NCBI GenBank assembly: GCA_900617105.1
Contig: UYFQ01000634.1
Coordinates: 1 to 51,139 of the forward strand
Direction: 5' to 3'
DNA: 51,139 bases
Source of the DNA: Hydrurus foetidus
Lineage: Eukaryota
A program made the translations under genes and the position numbers. Positions 12,488-25,772 of this stretch are shown piece after piece (position 1 is the first letter of the stretch; each line of letters starts with the position of its first letter). The notes below the pieces were generated by a model, which made no database searches, had not been told where the DNA came from, and saw only the letters and a list, made by a program, of their open reading frames with translations.

Positions 12488-13031
12488 CATTTTTTTCTCC
12501 TGGCAATTTAGTGATTTAGAACTATCCGGTCAGAGGTGCTAAATCTACGCACTCCATATTTTGCAGTCTGCTGTCCATTCAAAGCAACCCTAAGTAGAAG
12601 AGAACTTCATATATATTGCACGCAGTTATTGTTGTCGCGTCACCTCACAGTCATTACACGGGCATTTCTAGAACAGAATGCGGGTTAAATGCTAAATGTT
12701 GGTAGTCTCTCTACTATCGTCCCATTGCAACTCCTTTCACCGATAGAGAAATCAGCGATGCGATGACCGAATGGTCCATAAAGTTCACAGAGTTTCGTCA
12801 GGCCTGTAAAAAGGAAAGGGCATCTAATAATGTTCTAATTATAGCTGTTCTCGCATCTAATAAATGGACTGCATAAGATACTGTCAACGCACTGCACTTC
12901 AGCTTTGTGCTGGTAAGTGCCAAAGTTTCAAAACGGTGAAATCCGACCACCCGTTATTCATGAAGCAAAGCAAGAGATATTGAAGGAAGGAACGTACAGA
13001 AACAACAGAACGTTTCGTACGTACGTCATTC

Positions 13032-14843
13032 TTAGGACTTCGAATTATGAAGATTTCTTTTCGCGACAATTTCATCCGAAACAGGCAACCAGTACAAAGG
13101 GGGCAGTGCTTGTGTTTTTCGGAACAATTCATCTAGTGCTAAAGAGTCTGTGAAATTTTGCACTTCTGGAGCTTGTCGCCAAGATTCTCTCTGTGCATAC
13201 ACGTTAGGCATCAGAGAGTGGGGGTTTGAACCGGGTCCCGTATTCTGTCGCTTAGAATTATCTTGTTCTTGTTCTTGTGATATACCGGCGGCACTGCTAT
13301 TTCGTTTCGTTGAGAATCCTATAATTTCATTCCCACTGACACCCCCTCCGGATCCTAAATCATGCGAGACCGTCATTCTGTTTGAACTGTTTATAGACTG
13401 AAGTGCAGCTTTTCTGACCATTTCAATCGAACTGTTTGACATCGAAACCTGAACATTGCCTGATACTGGTCTAGTAATTTGAATGGATGTCTGGACAGGT
13501 GGAACATTCGCAGCCCCACCGCTTGAACTCACTGTCCCTGCTTTGTGATTCTTCCACTCACTTGGCTTTAAGTTGCCCTCCACACTGCTTTCTGCCTCGC
13601 TGGCACTAATTTCTGTTGATGATGCTACTAGATGAGAAGAGTGCTTGGAATCAACTTTCTGTCCAGTAACTGCAACCTTGCATGCTTCCGCACGCTCCAA
13701 TGTCTCAAAATCGATGTAGCAGTGGGTTTTTATCTTGTTCATCCAGAGGTGCTCTTTCAGGACTTCGTGACCGAGAGTTGTTGCAAGCCACTCAAATAGA
13801 AGTTTCTCCGTCAGAGGTCGCTGGAAGTTATCAATTCGGACATGAAACCGTTTCGATGAAGTGGTCGCGACTTCACTCACTTTTATTGTTTCTTTGTTCT
13901 CTTCAGTGGCATTTTCTATGGTGGATTTCTTATCCTCGTTGATGGTACTGTCGTTGACTCCTGTCAAATCTGATGTGGGTTCGGAGTCGGATTTCTTATC
14001 ATCTACCGCCGCAATATGTTCGTCACTTGCTAAACTTTCGACACCAACTTCTGATTCTCCTTCAGGCGTTACGATGTCCATTTCTTTTGATTTGGTAGGA
14101 ATTGCTCCCGCATGCTCAGTTATTGAGCTGGATTTTGATTCCTGAGATTTCTCTTGGTGATCTGCAGCAGACTCAGCATTAGTTGATGATTTGTCTAGTT
14201 CGGCAGAAGCTACAGTGTTGTTAGTGCTTTCTGTAGTAACAGCAATTCCGGCATCAGTTACGACATTCTCAGCTGTCTGAGTCACCGCTGTGCTTCCGGA
14301 AGACTCGGCGATTGTGACAATTTCGTCTGTGGTATCGATATTATCAGTAGCGAGAGAAGTCGCGTCAGAACTTGTGCCGTCAGTGATGGTTGTTGACTGG
14401 AGATCATTAGCGCCTTCGTTGGTCCTAGCAATAGAGGTATTTTTGGGTTCTTCGAAAATTTTTTCTGCAATTTGTGCGTAATTTTCAAAGTAACACTGTT
14501 AAAATATATTTGCAAAAATCAAATAATGAATGTGCAGGCAACTGCTTAAGTTCAACAAACCTGCAGAGGAAATCAGGGCTACTTTCACTGAGTCGGGATC
14601 CTCCTTCGAGTTAGCTGAAGTCTTGGATTCCTCTAGTTTTGGATCGTTCTCCAGAATGGCATTACTTGCTGATTCTGCTACTTGACTAACTTGATTTTCT
14701 ATTGACTCTGCATCGAAAAATGTGGCTAAACGATCGTATAGCTCAGCTTTCTTTCCAGAGGTGGAACACCTACGAGCTTTCAATGCAGATTTCAGTTCGT
14801 CAACTTTCAAAAGTTTCGCAGATTCCTTATCTAAATGTTCCAT
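13032..14843 (-). CDS. ACIN1: Acinus-like protein, ASAP complex (SAP + RRM + RSB motif; exons 14843-14561, 14464-13032; ~571 aa)
   Basis: SAP domain LKVDELKSALKARRCSTSGKKAELYDRL, Acinus-type RRM (VRIDNFQRPLT..LWMNKIKTHCYIDF) and RSB motif LDELFRKTQALPPLYWLP. Phase-1 intron 14560-14465 (GTTTGT..TTGCAG). Confidence 0.9.
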
Positions 14844-15219
14844 TTTGACCGTCAAGGCGGTCAGCGACTGTTCAAATTTATTCACTAACAACTCAATCTA
14901 GATGAGCAGCTTCCCAAAATATTATTTACTCGCGTAGGTAATCTAACTTTCACGCAGCAGGCAGCAGGCAGCAGATCAGAATTACCGGTACCGTATGCTG
15001 CACACGAATTACCGTTAATTCTCATTTTCGGTTGCTTTTTTCATGTCGGCATGAAAACCTTTCCGATGCTTGCTGTTACATACTAAAACCGGTCAAATAT
15101 TGGTGTTGTGCTTATTGACTCCACCCGATTCGATTTCATTGGTTACAGCTCTTGAGCTCCACACTCATAAATTATTTAGAGCGCGCTTGCTGTTGGTGGT
15201 ATACCCTACCGCAGAAGCA

Positions 15220-15829
15220 ATGAATTTTCTCTGGCATGCGAAAGTCATAGGACTCATAGTAATTTTCTCGATGACGCATTCTGCGCTCGAGGTCACGGAG
15301 GTAAAATCTTCAATCTGATTAGTCGCAAAATATTTGTACACAGAACAAAGTTAACAACAGCTCTCTTTCATTCAAGAGCAAAGATGCGGAGATAAGCCGG
15401 GAGAGATCAGTGGTAGATGTGCAACGGTCGAACGTACAGTATCGACAAAAGAAATATCTTCGCCATCGTAGTTTTGCTAAGTTGCCAGTTATGTCATCGA
15501 AGACAGACAGTGTCCCAGGATCTTCATCTTTTTCACTATCATACTCGGCAACGATGCAGACTTCTATGTCTATGCCAATGACCTCCCATTCATGTTTTTC
15601 TCTCCCGATGACGTCCATGCCCAAGACTTCCTGCAACCACTACTACTCAGTCCCAATGCAATCTATACCCTGGACTTCTTACAGCCAATATTTCTCTCTC
15701 CCACAGGCATCCATGCCGCTATACTCCGCCCCAATTTTGTCAATGACTCATTTCTCGTGCCCGATTTACTCCATACCACCTGCGTCAATGCCAAGGTCAC
15801 ATTCATGCAGATTGTACCATGATGTTTGA
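15220..15829 (+). CDS. Small putative secreted Ser/Met/Pro-repeat protein (exons 15220-15300, 15377-15829; ~177 aa)
   Basis: Signal-peptide-like MNFLWHAKVIGLIVIFSMTHSA. A phase-0 intron 15301-15376 (GTAAAA..TTCAAG) joins in frame to ORF 15410-15829, which has degenerate SMPxTSxxxxFSLP repeats. Confidence 0.65.
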
Positions 15830-16387
15830 TATTTACCGAAATACGCAGCATCTCGAGAATGAGTGCGAAACATGACTCACAAGTAGCCTTCCAAATGCAT
15901 CTAAGCATTATTTTGATACCATTACAATTTTACTGTTACCCCCGCGATTTACAATTATATGTCGATTGTGTCAAATACGGCACAAAAATTAAATGTTTTT
16001 GAGACCTAACTTTAGGGATTTAGCCTTGAACATATCTGACGCTTTAGTTCTGTGAGTGTATACCGCAATTTCTCATTTAAAAAGCTTCAGATTATGGGGT
16101 ATAGAATAACTACACATATTTGCACAGTCATCATGTGACGTCATGCCATGGCTTTCATTTTGACTAATGATAATCACATAAATATATTGATGGCGTTGCG
16201 ACTGTTTCTCTTCGGCGATTTCGCATGATACGGTGACTGTCAGATAGTGCTTCAGTACAGTGTTACTCATCAAAACGATCCAGCGCTTCAAGCTGAATGT
16301 TGTTCAAGTCTTAGGAACTTTTTTGGATCTGATGAGTGCCAGAGAAACGATCGTATGACATTGCTTTAATTCACTATCTTAGATGCT

Positions 16388-18452
16388 GTCAATATACCAG
16401 TGCTCGATATTATATATATATCCTGTAAAATATTTTTAGTAACCGACAGTCTGCTCAAAACCTTCGAAAGAAAAACTCATGAATTAAAATACAGAGCACT
16501 GATAAATCGGAGGAAATATTGCAAAATAAATAAATAATCATAAATAAATAAGGAAATGTAAAACACACTAGTCTCCGCGCAATATCTTAGCAGCTAGAGC
16601 TAACACTGGAAAATTATTCATCCATCCATACTGCCCACCATTATCGGTTATTGCCACAAATACATCTTGAACACTTCTTCCTGGACAATCTTGATTCAAC
16701 AAATACAACAAGAACTCGTATATTAGACTTTTTCCCTTCTCTTCATTCAAGTCTAATTGAACGAAGGCGATACCAACTAGCACTATAGGCAATTTAAAAG
16801 CACATTTTATTCCGTGCTCTAACGCATCGGTTAGACATTTTCTAGCACTATCTCGCAATTCACCTGGTGTGCTGGCACTATCTACTTTATACAATCGTGG
16901 AACTCGGAACTTTCTCCGGTCAGATTCCAGAGTTTTTGCAAGTGTAACCAACAAATCGGCTTTGATGAGATGGCACCGCAAAGTGTTCAACGCTGAGTCA
17001 TAGGCTTGATATCCTGCCAATGAAAAGTCAATAAACCGTATTCCTGCTTCACAGAAATCTCTCGCTGTACTTTGTTGCGCATCACTCTTTTCCCCCTGTC
17101 CTGCTGGCCCTGCTCCTGTGGCTGTTACACCTGACATGGGTGTATGTTCACCAGTGCTATCTTCCGCCCCACAATCAGAGTAGCTCCCTTCACCTTCAAA
17201 CGGATCAAACGCCTCTGAATCTGAATCTTCCAAATAGCTCTTTGACATCGCAGCATTACACCAAAAAGTCTTTGCATCGCCAGGCTCTTCAGGAATGGTG
17301 AAAAAATTTCTCTTCAACTGTTGAGGTTCCAAATCTTCCAGTTGAATTTTTTTGGCCTCCAGTAAACACAATTCTGCACTGGCGAGTTCCGTGCCTAATC
17401 CGTATCTTAATGCAAGAGTTCCGTCAATATACCAGTGCTCGATATTATATATATATCCTGTAAAATATTTTTAGTAACCGACAGTCTGCTCAAAACCTTC
17501 GAAAGAAAAACTCATGAATTAAAATACAGAGCACTGATAAATCGGAGGAAATATTGCAAAATAAATAAATAATCATAAATAAATAAGGAAATGTAAAACA
17601 CACTAGTCTCCGCGCAATATCTTAGCAGCTAGAGCTAACACTGGAAAATTATTCATCCATCCATACTGCCCACCATTATCGGTTATTGCCACAAATACAT
17701 CTTGAACACTTCTTCCTGGACAATCTTGATTCAACAAATACAACAAGAACTCGTATATTAGACTTTTTCCCTTCTCTTCATTCAAGTCTAATTGAACGAA
17801 GGCGATACCAACTAGCACTATAGGCAATTTAAAAGCACATTTTATTCCGTGCTCTAACGCATCGGTTAGACATTTTCTAGCACTATCTCGCAATTCACCT
17901 GGTGTGCTGGCACTATCTACTTTATACAATCGTGGAACTCGGAACTTTCTCCGGTCAGATTCCAGAGTTTTTGCAAGTGTAACCAACAAATCGGCTTTGA
18001 TGAGATGGCACCGCAAAGTGTTCAACGCTGAGTCATAGGCTTGATATCCTGCCAATGAAAAGTCAATAAACCGTATTCCTGCTTCACAGAAATCTCTCGC
18101 TGTACTTTGTTGCGCATCACTCTTTTCCCCCTGTCCTGCTGGCCCTGCTCCTGTGGCTGTTACACCTGACATGGGTGTATGTTCACCAGTGCTATCTTCC
18201 GCCCCACAATCAGAGTAGCTCCCTTCACCTTCAAACGGATCAAACGCCTCTGAATCTGAATCTTCCAAATAGCTCTTTGACATCGCAGCATTACACCAAA
18301 AAGTCTTTGCATCGCCAGGCTCTTCAGGAATGGTGAAAAAATTTCTCTTCAACTGTTGAGGTTCCAAATCTTCCAGTTGAATTTTTTTGGCCTCCAGTAA
18401 ACACAATTCTGCACTGGCGAGTTCCGTGCCTAATCCGTATCTTAATGCAAGA
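16388..18452. repeat. Direct tandem duplication, period 1035 bp (16388-17417 = 17423-18452)
   Basis: The 267-aa translation at 16568-17371 is identical to the C-terminus of ORF 17603-20803. Downstream non-coding sequence is duplicated too. A 5-nt filler GTTCC lies at 17418-17422. Confidence 0.95.
16568..17417 (-). pseudogene. Promoterless duplicate of the 3' end of the cyclase gene
   Basis: Copy of the last ~280 codons and 3' flank of the adjacent gene. It begins mid-exon, after the stop and 3' flank of the intact copy. Confidence 0.8.
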
Positions 18453-21443
18453 ATACAAGGAACTGGGTTTTTCTTCGGGTCGATGGCTGGACATTGCAGA
18501 CTAGTGCTTAGTAGTTTTTGATAGTTAAATACTGGATTATACCCCAATAGTTCCAATTCAGTGTCACCAAGTGTAGCCATGTCAGCCGGTGCATCAATGT
18601 CTGAGACAACCGATCCCATAATAGATGTCGCACTGCCCCGTCTAGTTGTGCCGTAATGAGGCGAATAAGACGGGGAAGGGAACCCAACTTCCGTCTGACC
18701 CAATCTTTTACCTAGTTCGTACATCAGCGGTAGATAGAGATGAAACATGTTATGATGCCCGCCATTGAACGATATAAAGCTCAATAAAGAGATAAAACTG
18801 CTGTGTGCCGTTCCGTACATTTGCATCATAAGATAGACGTTGAATTGCAGCATAGAAGTTGTCAGTACGGACTGCAAGTGTGTGAGTGATCCGAGATATT
18901 CTTCGGTCTTGTGTGCCAAGGACAACGCTCTCTTGAAATCTCCCAACATGATGCAAGAGATGGCACCGAACGAGTACTGCATCAATGCTCTGTCTGCCCC
19001 GTAGATGTGAATCAGCTGATCAGAATGGTTTTGATGCACGTATATTTCATCCATTTTATCCACGAGATCGACTGCCTCCTTGAAATGATTTGAACAGTAT
19101 CCCAATAGAGACTTTAGAGACAGTGCACGTACAATATGTACGGGTATTTTGCTGTCAACTGCAGTCGTTTCAAATGCCTCGACAATGCTCATCCAGTTAT
19201 GGTGATATTCATCGTCCGGTAAAAGGTTACCGGAGTACCGCATACATAAGCCGGAAAGAACCGGAAATATAATAGAAGGGTCTCGGAGGCAGAATAGTTT
19301 TTTCCCGTCTCCCAGTTTGATTGACTGTCTTCTTTCTTTCGTCGTCCCTATAGGTCCAAGTAAAGAACTTCCCTTCAGAAATAATGCGGGGGAGAGACGG
19401 GGGACATGAACAAATGTTACTGCATCTTTTTCCAGTATAGTTTGTCTTGTACACGTCACCAGTTCTAATGCCTCTTTATTCAAATTTACAATGTCTTCTG
19501 CTTGTTCTTCGAACATGATCACATTTTGTGAGAGTCGGATTATAAGTGTCACAGCGACTTCAAGCGCTAAAGAGTCTCCTTTGAAGATATGGTACACCAC
19601 TTCTGATGCGGATGCGTACTGGGGATTCTCAAAACTCAGCGGTTTCTCGTATTGCAGTAATATTTGTCCGAGAGATTGAAGTCCAATTGTGGGGGTTAAG
19701 TTCTCAGGTCCGGACGGTGGACCCAAAGATTCCAAAGCTGTGATAACTCTCAGATTGGATGCCACACGTGCTGTGTGTGTTGTATGTGCAGTTGTGTCCA
19801 TGTCCGGGCCTGCATTGGTGTCTGTGTCAGTCCTACCTGTTGTAATACCTGGCTCTGTTGACACAACTTTCGACCAAGGCGTGCACACAGGATCGTCCGT
19901 TTCATCTTCTCTGACCGTGTCGGGAGGTGTTCTATCGAAGGGGACATTCAGGCATGAGAAATCTCTCAGTCCCGCATTGTGTGAGTCCTTCCTCATCAGA
20001 CACAGAATCTGATACGCATTAGTCCATAGCAGTCGGGCCGTCTCAATGTCTCCCTGAGAGTCTATCAGATGACCACTTTCATAGAAGCAAGCCATTGCTT
20101 TGATAAGATTATTAGACAGTCTCCAGTGCACTCCCATCATATTCCAATCGGCTATTGTGCCCATATCCTTTCCCTTCCCTCCTGATCGTCCACCGTCAGA
20201 ACCTCCATTCTTAGTGCTGTCGTTGCACCCCTCTCCACTCGTCGTCTCACCATCGTCAAACTCATCATCACTGTCTTCCAACGGCCTGAACCTCAATTCA
20301 GCTACTCTAACCAAAGCTTGGGCTTCCAGATATTCAGCCACTTTTTGATGAGACCATACTTTTTGATGATTCAACATCAAATCATAGATGCTTTTTTTGA
20401 TGAGCACATTTTTGAATTTATACTTCGCAACCCCAGGTGGTTGATTTATGTGAGAATATATTGAATGTGATGATCTCTGTAGTAGAGTTATGAACTCATT
20501 AGACGTCAGTATATTCTGTAATGTTTCCTCCACGTTGATGGAGTTTAAATTCACTATCGCCAATGAGTCATTTCTTCCTTGTTTAGGATTGTTTTTCGTT
20601 GATTTATTTGCGCTATTTCGATCTGCAGATGTGCGTGCTAGTTCCTTCACTAGATGGGCGATGATAGCCGATGTGAATGACGCGCCATCTTTACCCACAA
20701 CAGATGCTAATTTAAGCACGAGTTGATTGGAGGGTGTCAACCTATCAAAGCGAAGAGAGATGATCTCTTCTATGCGATGGTTTGGGCGCAGAGTGTTTAT
20801 CAAGTGCGATAGCGTTGCTTCCTCAACAGCCTGATAAAAATGATGAAAAAAGGGGAGGAAAGAGGGGAGGAAAAGAGGCAGTGGAGAGGAAGGGAGAGTG
20901 CAAGAGAAAGGTCAGGTGTTCATGTCAGTGGTCACATGATGTCACTCGAAATGGCACGGTATCAAATCATGGACAGTCATACATCTATCAAGTCAGAAAA
21001 AATCATTACAGAACCAGCAAACTCACCTCCGAATTGAGAGCAGAGTCCATATCGGGCAACACGGTGTCTCTTAACGTCTCTACCGCGGATGTCGTAATCT
21101 CCCGCGCAAATAGCGGATTTCCTCCGGACAAATCCACTGCCGCCTCCGTTATAACTGCGATCTACAAATAGAACGTACGATTTGTAAGGAGGTAGATACT
21201 TGACGCTGTTGGAGTGTTATACTCCCAGACAGAAAGATTGACAGACAGACAGAAAGACAGACAGACAGACAGATCGACGAACTTGCGGACAGACAGACAG
21301 ACAGATTGACGAACTTGCGGACAGACAGACAGAAAGACAGACAGACAGATCGACGAACTTGCGGACAGACAGACAGACAGATTGACGAACATGCGGACAG
21401 ACAGATAGACAGACAGACAGACAGACAGATCGACGAACTTGCG

Positions 21444-21495
<52 letters not shown>

Positions 21496-24400
21496 GTCAG
21501 ACAGACAGACAGACAGACAGATCGACGAACATGCGGACACACAGAGAGGCAGGTGCACATGCAGACACGTTTACAGACATATAAACAGACGGATACACGG
21601 ACAGACATACACAAAGAATACACACCTGTGAGTTGCTCATGTCCGAGGCCTCTAACATCTCACCAACAAGTTGTGACAGTGCCAATTTGTCAAGAGGTGG
21701 AAGAGGCACTACCTTGCACCTCTCGGCATCATTGAAGTCCAGGAACTTTAACTCACCCGCATCTCCCACAATCTTACCCCTCGCAGAACTGCGACATAAA
21801 GAGTGAAATGAAGCGAGCACTGATATAGCGGTGTTTTCCCTCCACATGTGCGTCAGTAGATTCCAGGATGACGGATCCATAGACTGAACATCATCCCTGA
21901 ATAAATAAGGTGAATAAAAGAAAATGATGTGAGATATAGGCTCACATAGAAGGGTCGCGTTGTGAAACATTTCCTGGCACGAATATGACGCAAAACGTGC
22001 GTGTTAAGAATCACGTTCATCGTGGGTGATGGTTATTTAGTACTGGGGAGTGCGTAATGGGAGGTATTTGAAATCGTGGAGCAGAATGAATAGGATAAAG
22101 ATAGGATGAACATGATAGGATGGTGTGGGATAAAGCGGAGTGAGAGGATAGTGAGAGAAAGAGTTCAATATGACGTGACAGGGCACGATGGGGAGGAAAT
22201 GAAGTTGAATCCATCGCTTGGCATAACATGACGGATAAGGCGAAGAACAGCTAATTCGTCGAATGAATAAGCTTCCTCGTCATTTATTCAGCTTGATTTA
22301 AATTTAAATAGAAAAAAATGTTCCCTCTAAGGCACGTACGAAGATTATGTGTACGTACAATGTGATGAATATTCTTCTGGCATTCAAGAGATCGACAGCT
22401 GTCTGTATGAGAGCTGCCAAAACTTCCACTGTTTTCTGCAATTTAGCAGCACCGTTTAGAGCGGATTCGGTTTTAGGACCTTTCATGGCTTTTGAAAAAG
22501 AGGGGAGGATTTTAAACACGAGGGAGAGATGGGCTAGAACAGACTGAGGAAGTGCGTCAGTTACGAGTACACTGCCAGCTCGTAAGTGATTGAATCGACT
22601 GACGGATGGACCGGTGTATGGGGTAAGTGCTACTTCATCCTCAAGCTGTTTGGCTGGACTGTTGTTGCATCCGTCATACGCTACAGGAGAGAAGTAATGT
22701 CTATCAGGTGATGGTGCTGTGCTATCAAATGCTGACCCTATGTTCATCCGCCCTAAGGGGCTGACTGATCCTCTTCTAAATTCGCTACTCACAGCAGGGC
22801 TAAAAGCAGAAAAGCCCGTCGTTGCTCCTCCCATGCACCTCATGTTCATCAGGTCCATCTCATGCGCCACATGCTTTGCTTGCTTTGACACCGCTGCAAT
22901 CAGTGCTGTTAAAATAGGACGCCAGCTGTTAAATGGCACTGTAGTATCATAGCTGCTTGATCCCCCTGAAAATATCAAATCTACAGTCGAATCCCTTCCA
23001 TCAGTAAATGATGCGTTTTTCGACACTATCTCCGTCACCGATGACAAGAAAGAAGTTTTGCCACATCCACACGCACCAGTCACAATCGCTAATTTCATCG
23101 GCTCTTCAATAGGAAAATTATTGACAAATTTTTCTTCTGGTAGAAGAAAATCTATAACGGACCGTAACTCCGTATTACGGCCGAATAAGAGGGTTTCCGG
23201 ATTTCTAGATGCGGCTAATTTGTCGATAGCCATCATGCCGAACATGTCCGTATCATCGGTTAGAGCTCTGAACTTCAATGACTCATTCCAACTGTCAATA
23301 GATCCCTTACGAGAATACAGTCTCCTTCGAAAATTATCCGATAGTACGGGCTGGTATGTACGTACGGGTTCAGCGTATCCTTTAGCGTTGATCATGGGCA
23401 TGTCCAAGAACAGATGTGACCTGTCTCTGTTACGTGTAACGGCATCTGATAGAATCGTTCCTATCGAGGCAGCACACATTAATCGAGAACTTAAATTAGC
23501 TGCTGGACCCATTATTGAATATTCATGCCGAGAAGGCGACCCCACTAGACCGCTGTACACCTTTCCTGACGTCACACCGATACTTGCGTTAAGACCTATT
23601 GCCTGGAGACGCACTAGTATAGTCTGTGCCGATTCGATAGCTGCTGCTGCGTTATCTTCTTGCACTGAGCCGCGTAGACCGAAGGTGCCGAGACACACAT
23701 TGCCCTTCTCACAGCAAGAATACTGACCGATTTGACCACCATGTTCTGCAAATGTATCTGCTAGGATTGACATGCATTCCTGGAACCTTCCTTGCAATGC
23801 CACGTCAGCCGCTTCGTCAGAAGGGGAACGTTCTAGAAATCCAAAAGAATCCACTTTGAAATTATCGTCATCTATCAAATCTCTCATACTCTCAAATGAT
23901 TCCCTTCTTCTCGGACGGCTAGCAGATGAAGGACGGAAGGGACTTCTATTTTGATTTGCTGGTTGAATTGAAATGGATCTATTTGCGTGGTGGGAGAGAG
24001 AAACGTCAATCTCGATTTTTATAAATAGGACAACAAGCTCCCTCAATTCTGCCGATAGAGAATCATCCGGTGCAGTGCCGTTATCAAATGACAATTTTCT
24101 CTCAAATTTATATGTATTGTCGACTACTTGTTCGCTGTTATCTCCAAGGTCGAAGGAGTCATCCGAATGTGTGCTACTGTATACACTACTCACACCACTG
24201 CAGTTTATATCGCTTGAACTGTTCATGCTCTCACCGAGATAAGAGGGCTGATACGGTGAGTTAGATCGGCTGTACGTAGGTGACTGCATACGTGCTGCCT
24301 GATGTACGTGTGAACTGAGTGTTCTTAGTAGCATTGCTCTCTGACTGTATTCATCCCTCTTCCCCCCTGACATCTTCAGAATAAATGCCATCTCTTTTTT

Positions 24401-25519
24401 AACATCTCCTACTGGGCCGTTACGCATTTCCATCTCCCGATATGACAATATTATTGGTTCCATAATCCTATAACATTCCATTTCCGCACTCACGCACTCG
24501 TATGTATTGTGGAGATCATTGTGGGGCTTCAAGAAATCGTATACTCCTTTACTAACCACTATCTGACCAAGCTTCGCCAGAGATTCTGCAGCTGACACAT
24601 CAAGAAGAGGTTGGCCTGTTAGGAAGAATTCTGATCGACCTCTCGCAGCGACGTCTATCCCTGCCATCACCCCTACACTGGCTCCTATGTGCACGTTCAA
24701 AGAAGCGACTTCGGGATCCTTCGATTCTGTACTATCGTAACTTTTCATAAATGAAGGAAATGATAATCTGCGAACTTTCGGCTTCAGAAGTTGAGACGTT
24801 TGGCTATTCCTTCTTCTGTGCGTTATAATTCGGGGCGAACGTGGCGACTCCTGACTTTCTAAATCATCGGATATGAAGGTGCCCGTTGTTTCGTGGCAAT
24901 TCACGACAGTTGTCGCGTCCTCGTCATCATTGCTGTCAAAGTTTGGATCAAAGTCGCGATCTAGTGCGGACTGACCGGAGAGAAGAGATTCAGTGAGAGC
25001 AACTCTTTGTAGCAATGCCTCCGTATTGTCAAATGTTGTCGTAGAAAGCGATACAGTTCTGTTATTGCATTTCCTGATAATTTCCTTCGCACACGCTACC
25101 GCTCTTAAAACAGCTCGTTGTCGTTCGCCGTAGGATTTTGCCTGCCACACAATATACATTGCATCCCCGAAAAACTTCACTACATCGCCTCCGAAGCTTT
25201 CAATTATAGCGAGCATATCTCTAAAATATCCATTTATGTGCGTCGTCAATGATTCTATATCCAATTTTGTTGAGAGTGCCGTAAATCCTGATATATCCAC
25301 AAATAATAGGGCCCCGTAGAAGCGCTGAATGTGATCAGCTTTAGAGGAAGCAGACGTTCCGGAGTGATCGCATTCCTCAAGTTTATCAGAGAGGAGAGAT
25401 GTCGAGGCGATGCTTCTGCAAATCTGACGTAGAAGGCATCTTGATACATGCGCCTTTAGACAGTTGAAGTCATGGCCACTGCCAGTGCCTCTCATTTCCC
25501 GACGTTTAGAAAATGACAT
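17603..25519 (-). CDS. Soluble adenylate cyclase (ADCY10)-like protein: tandem class III cyclase domains, STAND/AAA NTPase and helical (TPR-like) C-terminus (exons 25519-22359, 21896-21626, 21161-21027, 20830-17603; ~2264 aa)
   Basis: C1 has LLFVDISGFT and VVKFFGDA. C2 has ELRELVVLF, EKG, IGVTSGKVYSGLVGSPSRHEYSIMGPAANLSSRLM. Also Walker A GACGCGKT, Walker B ITL|DDVQSMD (formed across intron 1), SGGNPLF and RFDRLTPSNQLVLKLASVVG. Three GT-AG introns give a CDS of 6795 nt, divisible by 3. Confidence 0.9.
21225..21545. repeat. Compound (ACAG)n microsatellite punctuated by six copies of ATYGACGAACWTGCGG, inside cyclase intron 2
   Basis: Motif copies start near 21273, 21305, 21349, 21381, 21429 and 21521, separated by variable ACAG runs. 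Confidence 0.92.
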
Positions 25520-25772
25520 CTGATTTTTGTCAGCATCAAATCATGGGAAGCGACAAGAATCTGAACAAGTCCCGATCTAATCACGCCGGAGATAACTGCT
25601 CATGATGCACGTGGGCTCCAACCAACAGTTGATCATGTAGCATCGAATACCATAGGATCTGCTGGGATGAGAGTTTTACGTCGTCTCCGTGGCGATGGTC
25701 TGTTCATGTGAAGAAGTCGATAACAGATAAAAGATAAAAGATAAAAGACAAAAGGGATAGGGATTAGGGATC

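Noticed and set aside
16388..18452. Duplication as a simple assembly overlap artefact
   Set aside because: Disfavoured, though not excluded, because the junction has a locally templated filler that an overlap error would not be expected to create.
21162..21735. ORFs rich in SVCL or RQTD
   Set aside because: Translations of the (ACAG)n repeat inside cyclase intron 2.
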